NCBI GenBank assembly: GCA_017625065.1
Contig: JAGALS010000016.1
Coordinates: 26,707-90,706, forward strand
From: Clostridia bacterium
Lineage (GTDB): Bacteria; Bacillota; Clostridia; Oscillospirales; CAG-272
Direction: 5' to 3'
Length of the DNA: 64,000 bases
Shown: one piece after another, positions 29,208-38,639 of the stretch
Numbering within the stretch: the first letter of the stretch is position 1
Layout: each line of letters begins with the position of its first letter
Notes under the pieces: generated by a model
Databases searched by the model: none
The model's input: only the letters and a program-made list of their open reading frames with translations
Told to the model about the DNA's origin: nothing
Program-made: the position numbers and the translations under genes

Positions 29208-30317
29208 TTATTGCAATAATTGAGAAAGCTCGTTTTCGTAAATGAATTGGATCACAACTCGGGGGCTTGCTTCGGCGAAGATCACGGGGTCATCCGAAAG
29301 GTCGGTCTGATAGGTGACCTTGCTGAAGGTGTTTGAAAAGAAGGGCTCGACCTGCAAACGCTCCCACGTGTTGGAAAACTGCAGCAGAAGCTCGGGGGAA
29401 TCGGAGGTGTGCGAGGGAATATAGAACGGGAGCTTTAGCGTGGTGGAGGAAACGCCGCCGTTGTGTAAAAAGCGGTAATTGAGCTTGGTCCTGTTTGATA
29501 GCGAAACGGTATGATTTTCTACAACGTCTTCAAGCCCCGCCCCGCGTGCCACGCGCTTTCCTGTCGTCAGGTGCTGGTAAAAGTCCAGATCCTCTCGTTC
29601 AAGCATTTTGCTATTCGCCAATACGTTGGGCGAAAAGCGCCTGCAGACCGCCTTATAGGCATAGTAAGAGCCCAGAGAGTTCAGTGAGTTTTCGGTGTTG
29701 TTGTAAAGCAAGCCATCGCTTTTTGCCTCGCGCAGATCCTCGGTCAGATCAATAAAATGATAAAACCCGTGGTCATACAAATGATCGCTTAATGCGTTCA
29801 GACGTGTGTTTTCATCAATATTGCCGAGGTAGCTTGGCATACACTCGCTGTAAACCGTTTGAGAGTTCGGAATGATCACCAGAAGATATTCCGCATTGCG
29901 CTTGGCATAGGAATCCTTGGTCTGCCGCAGATGATGCAATATCTGCGACATTTCCTCCTCGGTGAAGGCGTGCTTTCCGATATAATCTTCAATGTAATGA
30001 TAGTTGTTTTCCGTGTCCTCGATCTCAAACAAAAAGTCATTTTTGCCCGCAATGACCTCATGGCTGTTCACGATTCCAAACAAACGGTATTGATATTCGT
30101 GTACCAGGCCGAGATTTTTCTTGTTTTGATAAACACTGCGGCGCAGGGCTGCAAAGGGCTCGCCTTCGTCTATGATACTGCCGTCATAGCATTCAGATGC
30201 AATGGCGCTATCGTGTTCGGTCAAAAAGTTGACAAGATAAACGATCGAGAAGGTCAGCAATACCCCGATGAACACCGTGAACACGGTCAAATGGTAAATA
30301 GAGTTCGTTTTCTTCAT
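29208..30317 (-). CDS. AlgJ/AlgX-like SGNH-fold protein, catalytic motifs degenerate
   Basis: N-terminal TM, VIAGKNDFLF, YLLVIIPN..TVYSE.MP, FIDL; follows MBOAT gene. Confidence 0.7.
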   Translation of the reverse strand: MKKTNSIYHLTVFTVFIGVLLTFSIVYLVNFLTEHDSAIASECYDGSIIDEGEPFAALRRSVYQNKKNLGLVHEYQYRLFGIVNSHEVIAGKNDFLFEIEDTENNYHYIEDYIGKHAFTEEEMSQILHHLRQTKDSYAKRNAEYLLVIIPNSQTVYSECMPSYLGNIDENTRLNALSDHLYDHGFYHFIDLTEDLREAKSDGLLYNNTENSLNSLGSYYAYKAVCRRFSPNVLANSKMLEREDLDFYQHLTTGKRVARGAGLEDVVENHTVSLSNRTKLNYRFLHNGGVSSTTLKLPFYIPSHTSDSPELLLQFSNTWERLQVEPFFSNTFSKVTYQTDLSDDPVIFAEASPRVVIQFIYENELSQLLQ

Positions 30318-31738
30318 GGCGCTACCTCACCGTATCGGAAGATGCCGTATGCGTATTCGGCATACGTGGGGAATTGGGGAAGGAAATAGATCATTGTCAG
30401 TACAAAGCACACGAAAAGGAAGGTGATCTCACAGATAGAGAAAACAAGCGCCGTGCGCTCTCTCGCCTTGCGAAAGATCCAATGGCGAAGCAGTGCCCAA
30501 GGCAAAAACAAGACAAGCAGGATCAGCAAAAGCCCCAAATAATTGGCATCCTGTATCGCGCCGAGAATGTAGCGTGTGGGATGATTGGTCTCGGACGAAA
30601 AGGCGCTTTTGATGAGCAAAAAAACATCTGAAGGCTTGGGAAGTAAAAGAGATAACGTGAAAAAAGAGCACAGGAATATCGATATCGGGCTTAGGAGCAA
30701 GCGCCACCAGAATTTGAGGCTTGGCAGCTTGCGAACAGGCGTCAGCTCGGTCAGCAAGGCAAAGAGCAGGATCGGTGCTCCGAGCAGCAAAAGCTCCAAA
30801 CGGGTGCGGAAAACAAGCACCGTGATGCAATAGATCAGCAATATGGATAGGATGCGCCCCCGCCTTCCTTTGCATACGCGGCAGAGGGGATAGCGCACAT
30901 AATCAAAGAGGTAATTGCGTAAGGAAAGCGTCGTGCCGTAAAGCATACGGTCGGGCGTGGTCGAGGTCAAAACGTTGCCGCGGTCACGGGTTAGCGGAAT
31001 GCCGTAGATCGCGCAAACGCCCCTTGCAAGATCGGCACCGCCCGTAATATAAAAATAAAAGAAGAAAAACGAGCAAAGCAGCAAAAGGATGAGGATGGTA
31101 GGGGAAAAGATCGTCTCACTGTAATGCAGGAGATTCTGCAAGGCACGCATCAGCACTGCCGCGACGGCAAGGCGCTTGATATAGCCAAGCATATACAGCC
31201 GTATGCCATCCGTGAGGCGTGTCGGCTTTAGCGAAAGCTCCTCCGTCAGATCAAAAAAGTGCTTGCTTCGTACCACGGGCCCCACCATCAGCGTGGGGAA
31301 AAAGAGCAGATAGCCGATCAGCTCCAAGGGGTTGCGCGGACGGACGACGTCGCCGCGTGCGCGGTCCATCGCATAGGAAACGATGCCAAGTGTGACAAAC
31401 AAAAGCCCGGCGGGATAGACGTAAGATGTGTCAAGGTGCTCGCCAACGATCCTTGCCGCGATCAAAGAAGCGATCGACGTGAGGATCAAAAACGCGGTTC
31501 TGAATTTTGCGGCACCGATGGTGCGGGGGGGAGGAAGATAGGCGATCAGGGCGGTCAGAAAAACAAGCGCACCGATCTGTAAGATTCCCCACAAATTGTT
31601 GAAATTTGCAAGAACGTACCACAAAATTGATAACAAGGAGAGGGAAAGCCGGCGATATGCCTTTGGCAAAAAGAGGATCAGGGGAAGGGAAAGGGGCAAA
31701 AACAAAAACAGAAAAGCAATACTTGTCAGCTGCATCAT
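30314..31738 (-). CDS. AlgI/DltB-like MBOAT protein, catalytic motifs degenerate
   Basis: FLFLFLP, SY..D..RG, Y..FFP.L..GP..R, DYV.YPL. Confidence 0.75.
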   Translation of the reverse strand: MMQLTSIAFLFLFLPLSLPLILFLPKAYRRLSLSLLSILWYVLANFNNLWGILQIGALVFLTALIAYLPPPRTIGAAKFRTAFLILTSIASLIAARIVGEHLDTSYVYPAGLLFVTLGIVSYAMDRARGDVVRPRNPLELIGYLLFFPTLMVGPVVRSKHFFDLTEELSLKPTRLTDGIRLYMLGYIKRLAVAAVLMRALQNLLHYSETIFSPTILILLLLCSFFFFYFYITGGADLARGVCAIYGIPLTRDRGNVLTSTTPDRMLYGTTLSLRNYLFDYVRYPLCRVCKGRRGRILSILLIYCITVLVFRTRLELLLLGAPILLFALLTELTPVRKLPSLKFWWRLLLSPISIFLCSFFTLSLLLPKPSDVFLLIKSAFSSETNHPTRYILGAIQDANYLGLLLILLVLFLPWALLRHWIFRKARERTALVFSICEITFLFVCFVLTMIYFLPQFPTYAEYAYGIFRYGEVAP

Positions 31739-31774
31739 ATCCCCCCCTTTTTTTCATCCTTTTTTCTTATTGTA

Positions 31775-32485
31775 TCATACTTCCTTCTGTTTTGCAAGCT
31801 GTGTTTCCTTCATACGTCTGGCAAGATAAACGATGGGGGTATCCAGCAGTGCCGTGATGAAGAAGATCAGATAGCTTGAGCCGATGATGCTGAAGAGTGT
31901 CGAGGGTCCGTATGTGCCAAGGAAGGCACCAAGACTGAAGAGCACGGTGTTGAGCAATTGCGATATCATCCTCGAGCCGTTGTTTCGCAGCCATAGGAAG
32001 CGACGGGAGTCGCCGAATTTTCGCTCTGTGAAGCTCCACCACTTGTGATACAACCACACGTCCAGCTTTTGCGTGATGGCATAGACCAAAAGGCTGCTGA
32101 TCATCAAGCGCGGAATACCCGAAAAGAGCGCCTGGATGTGGGGCATTACGGTATCGTCCGGTGCCGGGGTAAAAAGCAGCCATCCTTGCGAGAGCAGTAA
32201 AAAGAGGACCGTGATGAGAATACCAAGATTTGCCGCACGGTTGGCATCTTCCTTGCTTTCGTTCTCGCTCAGGATATCCGTGATCAGGAAGGATGCGGCA
32301 AACAGCACGTTGCCAAGCGTTTGATCCATCCCGAAGGCGTGGACCAGGATCAGGACCTCGATGTTGGCGGCAATGGTGCAAAAGGCGGTCATAGCAAAAA
32401 GCCCGCTTTTTCCGAACAGACGATAGGATAGCAGGACCGTGCCAAAGCAAAACAGCAGCGATCCGATCAATAAAAGCTCATTCAT
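31775..32485 (-). CDS. queuosine precursor transporter (YhhQ/COG1738)
   Basis: TLGNVLFA..FL.TDILSE, LWLRNNGS..ISQ, LDTP; downstream of preQ1 riboswitch. Confidence 0.88.
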   Translation of the reverse strand: MNELLLIGSLLFCFGTVLLSYRLFGKSGLFAMTAFCTIAANIEVLILVHAFGMDQTLGNVLFAASFLITDILSENESKEDANRAANLGILITVLFLLLSQGWLLFTPAPDDTVMPHIQALFSGIPRLMISSLLVYAITQKLDVWLYHKWWSFTERKFGDSRRFLWLRNNGSRMISQLLNTVLFSLGAFLGTYGPSTLFSIIGSSYLIFFITALLDTPIVYLARRMKETQLAKQKEV

Positions 32486-32495
32486 AAAGTTCTCC

Positions 32496-33206
32496 TTATT
32501 CTCTCTTGCCTACACCGAAATCGGTGTTTTGCAACAGAATATCGACTCTTTGATCATTTTGGTAAAGTGGATATACCTCGCGCATAAAGGCTTCTATCAC
32601 TTTTTTGTCGGGTCGGACCGCAGTGGTGTTTTCGGTCATCACGTTGACACAGACACGCGAAAAATGCGCGAGTCCCGTTTCAATATCCGCGCGTATACCG
32701 CTTGCTGTTTGACCGTCGATGCCGCAAAGCAGATTGATCTCCTCAAAGCCTGCGGCGGCGATCTGTTCGGGTGTGGCGTTCCCAAGCCCCTTTTTCAGGA
32801 TCCGCTCCCGAAAGGGGATGTCGAAGCTCTCAACCCCGATCTTGAAGATCAGGCGGATGCGATCCTTTGCAAAAAATGCGCGAAGGTCGTTTAAAGCGCC
32901 GCGATGCATCCAATGGCACTCAAAGTGGAGCGCGGAGATGCCTTTCGCGATGGCGACGTCTCGGATCTTTTGCATTGTTTTTGCGTCCAGATCCACAAAG
33001 CTGCCCGAATTGATGACCTCAAGCCGTCCAAGCTCGCCTGTTACACAGTCAAGCACGGCGCTGTTGAGCGCAAAATTGGCATTTGCATCGCTTGAAGCAT
33101 CGGTGTGGTAATCGCAAAAGGTGCATCGCTTCCATTGGCATCCCGTGCCGCGCAGCAGCACGATCTCGCGCGGATTTTTCTCGGTGATCTTGTCGTATCG
33201 TTTCAT
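32496..33206 (-). CDS. queL: short radical SAM enzyme, probable queuine lyase
   Basis: REIVLL, CxxxxCxxC (CQWKRCTFCDY), INSGS, ECHW, GVESFD; preQ1 riboswitch and YhhQ context. Confidence 0.78.
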   Translation of the reverse strand: MKRYDKITEKNPREIVLLRGTGCQWKRCTFCDYHTDASSDANANFALNSAVLDCVTGELGRLEVINSGSFVDLDAKTMQKIRDVAIAKGISALHFECHWMHRGALNDLRAFFAKDRIRLIFKIGVESFDIPFRERILKKGLGNATPEQIAAAGFEEINLLCGIDGQTASGIRADIETGLAHFSRVCVNVMTENTTAVRPDKKVIEAFMREVYPLYQNDQRVDILLQNTDFGVGKRE

Positions 33207-33247
33207 TTTAAATAAAAAAGGGCACACTACCGGCGCCTTCACTCCCC

Positions 33248-33287
33248 CGTAGTTTTGTTTTGAGACAGGATGGTTACGAACTGTCTG
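33248..33287 (-). promoter_or_regulatory. preQ1 class I riboswitch
   Basis: minus strand AGACAG-TTCGTAACCATC-CTGTCT stem-loop followed by A-rich tail CAAAAACAAAACTACG; promoter TTGCTT-17bp-TATACT just upstream. Confidence 0.88.
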
Positions 33288-33436
33288 TTGTTGATTTGTA
33301 CCTTAATAGTATAGCACATTTTCTTGCGGCAAGCAAGTCCTTTTTGAGAAAACTTATTTTATTCTGTTTGCGGAAAAATAAAAGTACAAATCAAAATTTC
33401 AAATCAGGACTAATAAAAACAATTTTCCGCTTTTGG

Positions 33437-33486
33437 AAACAAATGTTCAAAAAACACTTGACAAACGCCTTCGCTTGTCGTATAAT
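33437..33486 (+). promoter_or_regulatory. recA promoter with putative LexA (Cheo) box
   Basis: AAAC-AAAT-GTTC 33437-33448 (one mismatch to GAAC-N4-GTTC); TTGACA 33458-17bp-TATAAT 33481. Confidence 0.7.
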
Positions 33487-33529
33487 GGTGTCAATGACAA
33501 AACAACAAGCGAAGGGAAGGTACATCAAA

Positions 33530-34651
33530 ATGGCAAAGGCAAGCACGACGAAAAAGGCAGCGGTATCCTTGGTTGGCGCGGACGCGAGCGAGCGCAAGAA
33601 GGCGCTGGAGACCGCGATCAAGCAGCTTGAGCGTGATTACGGTGCGGGCACCGTGATGAAGCTCGGCGAGAATACACATATGGAGGTGCAGGCTGTCCAT
33701 ACAGGCTCGATCGCGCTGGACCGCGCGCTCGGCATCGGCGGTGTGCCCCGCGGACGTATCATTGAGATCTTTGGCCCCGAATCCTCGGGTAAAACGACGG
33801 TTGCGCTGCACATCGTTGCGGAGGTGCAGAAAACAGGCGGGCAGGCGGCGTTCATCGATGCCGAGCACGCGCTGGACCCCGTTTACGCCAAGGCGCTTGG
33901 CGTTGACATCAATAATTTGTTGGTCTCCCAGCCCGACTGCGGTGAGGATGCGCTTGACATCACCGAGGCGTTGGTGCGCTCGGGTGCGGTGGACGTTGTG
34001 GTCATCGACTCGGTGGCGGCGCTCGTACCCCGTCAGGAGATCGAGGGCGATATGGGACAGTCTCAGGTCGGTGTGCAGGCAAGACTGATGTCGCAGGCAA
34101 TGCGTAAGCTCTCCGCGGTGATCTCCAAGAGCAACGCGGTGGTCATCTTCATCAATCAGCTTCGCGAAAAGGTCGGTGTGATGTACGGCAACCCCGAGAC
34201 CACCACGGGCGGCCGCGCGCTGAAGTTCTATGCTTCTGTCCGTATCGACGTACGCAAGACCGAGCAGCTCAAGAACGGTAATGATATTTACGGTAACCAC
34301 GTCAAGTGTAAGATCGTCAAAAACAAGGTCGCGCCCCCCTTCCGTGTGGCGGAGTTTGATATTCTTTACGGCAAGGGCATCTCCCGTGCGGGCGAGCTTG
34401 TCGACATCGGCCTTGCGCTGGACGTCATTCAAAAAAGCGGCTCGTGGTTCTCTTATAACGGCGAGCGCTTGGGCCAGGGCAAGGACAACATCCGCAAGAT
34501 GCTGGAGAGCGATGAGAAGCTGTTTGCCGAGATCGAGGCAAAGGTGCGTGCGATGTCCGACGAGATGGAAACCGTCGAGGAGACCTTCGATGTCGACGAC
34601 GAGGAGGACGATTTCGACCTGCGCGCCCTGAAGCTTGGCGATGATGAATAA
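33530..34651 (+). CDS. recA: recombinase A
   Basis: [31 protein letters not shown]. Confidence 0.98.
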   Translation: MAKASTTKKAAVSLVGADASERKKALETAIKQLERDYGAGTVMKLGENTHMEVQAVHTGSIALDRALGIGGVPRGRIIEIFGPESSGKTTVALHIVAEVQKTGGQAAFIDAEHALDPVYAKALGVDINNLLVSQPDCGEDALDITEALVRSGAVDVVVIDSVAALVPRQEIEGDMGQSQVGVQARLMSQAMRKLSAVISKSNAVVIFINQLREKVGVMYGNPETTTGGRALKFYASVRIDVRKTEQLKNGNDIYGNHVKCKIVKNKVAPPFRVAEFDILYGKGISRAGELVDIGLALDVIQKSGSWFSYNGERLGQGKDNIRKMLESDEKLFAEIEAKVRAMSDEMETVEETFDVDDEEDDFDLRALKLGDDE

Positions 34652-35262
34652 TAGCTTTATCCGCATTTGCGGAATGCGCGCCGCCGACGGCGGCGCGCAA
34701 CTTGTTGTTGAGATCGAGCAAAGGAAGGGCGAGGAGGTCATCCGCGAAACGGTAGCCCTGCTCACGGCACGGCTTGAGGGACTGCCCACCGTGGGGGAGA
34801 TCGGCGAAGAGGAGCTTTTGCACCTGCGGCGTGAGGCAGAGATCTGTGATGCGATCGGGGCAGGCATGCGTTCGCTTGGCGCGAACGGATGCTCGGCAAG
34901 GTATCTGGCGCAAAAGCTGCGCGCAAAGGGTTTTTCCGCCGATGTTGCAGGTGAAGCTGTGGCAGAGCTTGCCGAAAAGGGTTACCTCAAGGAAGAGGAG
35001 GGTGCGCTCCGCGAAGCCGAAAAGGGGATCGCCAAGCTTTGGGGAGATCGTCGCATCCTTGCCGATCTGCAAGCCAAAGGCTACACGGGCGGCGCGCTTG
35101 CGTGCCGAGGACGGCGCCGCGCGCTGTGCGATGCTGATGCGCAAGCGCCGTATGCATCCCGCGGCAGACGAGGCGGAGCTGCGCCGTATGCTCTCATCGC
35201 TGATTCGCTACGGATACACACAGGATGAGATCAAACGCGCTCTGCGTATGCGCCATTCATAA
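34641..35262 (+). pseudogene. recX: RecX-family regulator split by a frameshift near 35095
   Basis: N-terminal frame has L.QKL..KGF, L...GYL, WG..RI..DL..KGY; C-terminal L.RYGY motif is in a different frame ending 35262; directly after recA. Confidence 0.75.
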
Positions 35263-35366
35263 GAAGAATGTTTTTATAGAAGTCCGAGGCTTTAGAAGAT
35301 CAAACAGGATACATATTGTAAGGTGTTACAAAGCAACGTATAAGTTTTAATACATTTGTTCGATTC

Positions 35367-35490
35367 GCCTCCCTTGTGCAAAGGGAGGTGCCGAGCAAAT
35401 GCGAGGCGGAGGGATTGTAAAACAGCTTTGGTAAGGAACGATCCCCAGTCAGCCGTGCTGACAGCTCCCTTTGCACAAGGGAGCTTTTTT
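35367..35490. repeat. REP/REPIN-like element: two inverted 19-bp imperfect palindromes
   Basis: CTCCCTTGTGCAAAGGGAG 35369-35387 and its exact reverse complement 35465-35483. Confidence 0.75.
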
Positions 35491-35585
35491 GTTTGTGTGG
35501 TTTTCCTCTCTTTTTTTCTGTATTACTTTACAAATCCGAAAATTTAGGGTATACTAAAATAAATAACAACACTTGGAGGTGCTTT

Positions 35586-36140
35586 ATGCATCTGGAAGAA
35601 AAATGTACGTCCTCAAGGCTGATCTATGACGGAAGGATCGTCAAGCTTTTTGAGGATGAGATCGAGCTGCCCAACGGCGCGCCTGCAAAACGCGAACATA
35701 TCAAGCACGTGGGGGCTGTTTGCGTGTTGCCCCTCACCGACGACGGAAACGTGGTGATGGAACGGCAATTCCGCTACCCGTTCGGCAAGGTTCTGGTCGA
35801 GATCCCTGCGGGAAAGCTGGACGGGCCGAACGAGGATCTGCTGGCCGCAGCACTGCGCGAGCTGCGCGAGGAAACGGGCATTGTGCCGCAAAGTATGACC
35901 TACCTTGGCGATTTCATCGGATCTCCCGCCATTTTGGGCGAGCACGTCGGTATGTTCCTTGCACGGGGGCTCTCGTTTTGTGAACAGCAGCTTGACGAGG
36001 ATGAATTTTTAGAGGTGTTCACAATGCCGCTTGGGGACGCCGTCGAAAAGGTGCTTTCTGGTGAGATCACCGACGGAAAAACGCAGGCGGCGGTGTTAAA
36101 AACGCATATTATTTTACAAAAGGAAGGGAAGGAAGTATGA
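35586..36140 (+). CDS. NUDIX hydrolase (ADP-ribose pyrophosphatase-like)
   Basis: QFRYP, EIPAGKLD, AALRELREETG, DGKT. Confidence 0.92.
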   Translation: MHLEEKCTSSRLIYDGRIVKLFEDEIELPNGAPAKREHIKHVGAVCVLPLTDDGNVVMERQFRYPFGKVLVEIPAGKLDGPNEDLLAAALRELREETGIVPQSMTYLGDFIGSPAILGEHVGMFLARGLSFCEQQLDEDEFLEVFTMPLGDAVEKVLSGEITDGKTQAAVLKTHIILQKEGKEV

Positions 36141-37741
36141 AGCTCAATTATAAGCGCGTGATATTTGTCGGCTTTGCCTTTTTTCTGATCTCGGCGTTCT
36201 GGCAAGCATATGATACCATCGTTCCCAAGATCCTGACCGACAAATTCGGTCTGCCGCAGGCGTGGTCGGGTGCCATTATGGCGCTTGATAACATCTTTGC
36301 GCTTGTGCTGCTGCCTATTTTCGGCTCGATCTCGGATAAGGTGAACAGCAAGCACGGCAAGCGCACACCCTTTATCGTGATCGGCGCCGTGGTGGCGGCG
36401 ATCCTGCTGGTCTCGCTGTCGATCCCCGACAACGCGCAGCTCGCGAACATCAACGCGGCGGCAGAGGTGACCGATACCGAGTGCGGTACGGGCTACACCG
36501 AGGCGCTTGGTGAGATCTGGGATGCGAACCCCAAGGTCACGCCTTGGAAGACCGACAGTGTGCTCAGCGAAAAGGCTCCCTTGCAGTCGCTGATCACCCG
36601 TGAGGAGTTTACCGCCATTCCGATGACGGTGAGCGACGAGAACGGGGAGAGCGTCATCAACCCCGCGTATACGAATATCGTGGTACCCGCAAGACAATCC
36701 TATGCCGCCCTTGCAACTGCAAAAAATGCCACACCGTTGGTCATTTTTATGGTTCTTTTGTTCTTTACGCTCGTGGCAATGGGCACCTTCCGCTCACCTG
36801 CGGTCGCGCTGATGCCCGACGTCACCGTGAAGCCTCTGCGCTCTAAAGCAAATGCCGTCATCAATCTGATGGGTACGGCGGGCGGCATTCTGGTGCTGCT
36901 GCTTGGCACGGTGCTTCGTACGGGCAAAACGGAAAACGCGCTGATGAGCTACACCACCTTCTTTGCCATCGTCGCGGGCATTATGATGGTGGGACTTGCT
37001 ATCTTTTTGTGGAAAGTGCGTGAGCCGCAGTGGGCAGCGGAAATGCAACAGCAATCGATCGAGCTGGGGCTGGATCAGCCCGAGGAGCCGACCGACTCCG
37101 AAGCAGAGGTGCGCCGCCTTTCCAAAGGCGAAAAGCTCTCGCTGTTTTTGATCCTTGCTTCGGTTGTGTTCTGGTTTATGGGCTATAACGCCGTGACCAG
37201 TAAGTATTCGGTCTATGCCAGCACCGTGTTGGACGTGGACTACAACACCACACTGCTGATCGCGCAAGCGGCGGCGATCGTGGCATATCTTCCCGTAGGC
37301 ATCCTTTCCTCAAAGCTTGGGCGCAAAAAGATGATCCTTGGCGGCGTGGTGATCCTTGGCGCATCCTTCTTCTTTGCATCCTTCCTCAGCGCCGACAGCC
37401 CCAATCTGATCAAACAGCTTCTGATGCCCTTGCTCTTTGCCTGTGCGGGCATTGGCTGGGCGACCATCAACGTCAACTCCTACCCCATGGTCGTGGAGCT
37501 TTCCCGCGGCTCGAACGTCGGTAAATACACGGGCTTTTACTACACCGCAAGTATGTCTGCTCAGGTCATCACCCCCATTTTGTCGGGTGTGTTCCTGGAT
37601 ATGAACTTCCGCACACTTTTTCCGTACGCCACCTTCTTTGTGGCGCTGGCGTTTGTCACGATGTTCTTTGTCCGTCACGGCGACGCAAAGCCCGATGCCA
37701 AACAGACTGTTCTTGACGGTGTCGGAGGAGGTGACGACTGA
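36137..37741 (+). CDS. MFS transporter with large extracytoplasmic insertion
   Basis: G.ISDK....GKRTPF, FRSPAVALMPD, multiple TM helices. Confidence 0.88.
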   Translation: MKLNYKRVIFVGFAFFLISAFWQAYDTIVPKILTDKFGLPQAWSGAIMALDNIFALVLLPIFGSISDKVNSKHGKRTPFIVIGAVVAAILLVSLSIPDNAQLANINAAAEVTDTECGTGYTEALGEIWDANPKVTPWKTDSVLSEKAPLQSLITREEFTAIPMTVSDENGESVINPAYTNIVVPARQSYAALATAKNATPLVIFMVLLFFTLVAMGTFRSPAVALMPDVTVKPLRSKANAVINLMGTAGGILVLLLGTVLRTGKTENALMSYTTFFAIVAGIMMVGLAIFLWKVREPQWAAEMQQQSIELGLDQPEEPTDSEAEVRRLSKGEKLSLFLILASVVFWFMGYNAVTSKYSVYASTVLDVDYNTTLLIAQAAAIVAYLPVGILSSKLGRKKMILGGVVILGASFFFASFLSADSPNLIKQLLMPLLFACAGIGWATINVNSYPMVVELSRGSNVGKYTGFYYTASMSAQVITPILSGVFLDMNFRTLFPYATFFVALAFVTMFFVRHGDAKPDAKQTVLDGVGGGDD

Positions 37742-38574
37742 TGGAGCCTTGGCTGATCGTCTTGATCGCTTTTTTGGCTACCGTTGTGGCACTTTTTGTA
37801 CTTTGGCTGTTTTTGATCGCGCCGCGCGCGCGTAAAAAAGTGATCAAGCCCTTTCTGCGCCCCTATGCCCACCGCGGGCTGTGGGGCAGGGAGATCCCCG
37901 AAAACTCGCTCGCGGCATTTCGCCGTGCCGCCGAGCACGGCTTCGCGATCGAGCTGGACGTGCAGCTCTCAAGCGACGGCGAAGTGATGGTCTTTCACGA
38001 TTATACCCTTGACCGCGTGTGCGGTGTGCAGGGCAAGGTGGCGGAGCGTACCGCCGCCGAGCTCACAAATATCCCCCTGAACGGGGTGGAAAATGAGTGT
38101 ATTCCTACCTTTGGGCAGGTGCTTGACACTGTGGATGGACGCGTGCCGTTGCTCATCGAGCTGAAGGGAGAGAGCGGCAATACCGATCTGGTGCCTGCCG
38201 TGTTGAAGCTCCTTGCCGACTACAAGGGAGAGTGGTGTATGGAGACCTTCAATCCGCTGCTTTTGCGCGCGGTGCGAAAGCAAGCGCCGCAGGTCGTGCG
38301 GGGTCTGCTTTCCAGCGATCTGATCAAGGAAAAGCGCAAAGGCTCAAAGTTACTCAACTTTATCCTATCTGCGCTTTGGCTCACCTTCCTTTGCAGACCC
38401 GCATTCCACGCTTGGGATGCAAAATATCCCAAGCGCCTTGCTCTTCGCGTGGGGCTGAAATGGTTCGGCGCGGCATCCTTCGTTTACACCATTCGAGACG
38501 AGGCCGAATATGAGCAATATTTGGCAAACGACACATACCCGATCTTCGAGGGGTTTATTCCCAAAAATCAATAA
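37741..38574 (+). CDS. glycerophosphodiester phosphodiesterase
   Basis: AHRG, PENSLAAF, IELDV, VFHD, IELK; N-terminal membrane anchor. Confidence 0.92.
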   Translation: MEPWLIVLIAFLATVVALFVLWLFLIAPRARKKVIKPFLRPYAHRGLWGREIPENSLAAFRRAAEHGFAIELDVQLSSDGEVMVFHDYTLDRVCGVQGKVAERTAAELTNIPLNGVENECIPTFGQVLDTVDGRVPLLIELKGESGNTDLVPAVLKLLADYKGEWCMETFNPLLLRAVRKQAPQVVRGLLSSDLIKEKRKGSKLLNFILSALWLTFLCRPAFHAWDAKYPKRLALRVGLKWFGAASFVYTIRDEAEYEQYLANDTYPIFEGFIPKNQ

Positions 38575-38593
38575 AATCGTGAAACGGTATCAA

Positions 38594-38632
38594 AAAACGC
38601 TGTCCTTTTTTGCAAAGGACAGCGTTTTTTGT
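38594..38632. terminator. bidirectional intrinsic terminator
   Basis: AAAAACGCTGTCCTTT...AAAGGACAGCGTTTTT between convergent genes. Confidence 0.8.
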
Positions 38633-38639
38633 GTGATAT

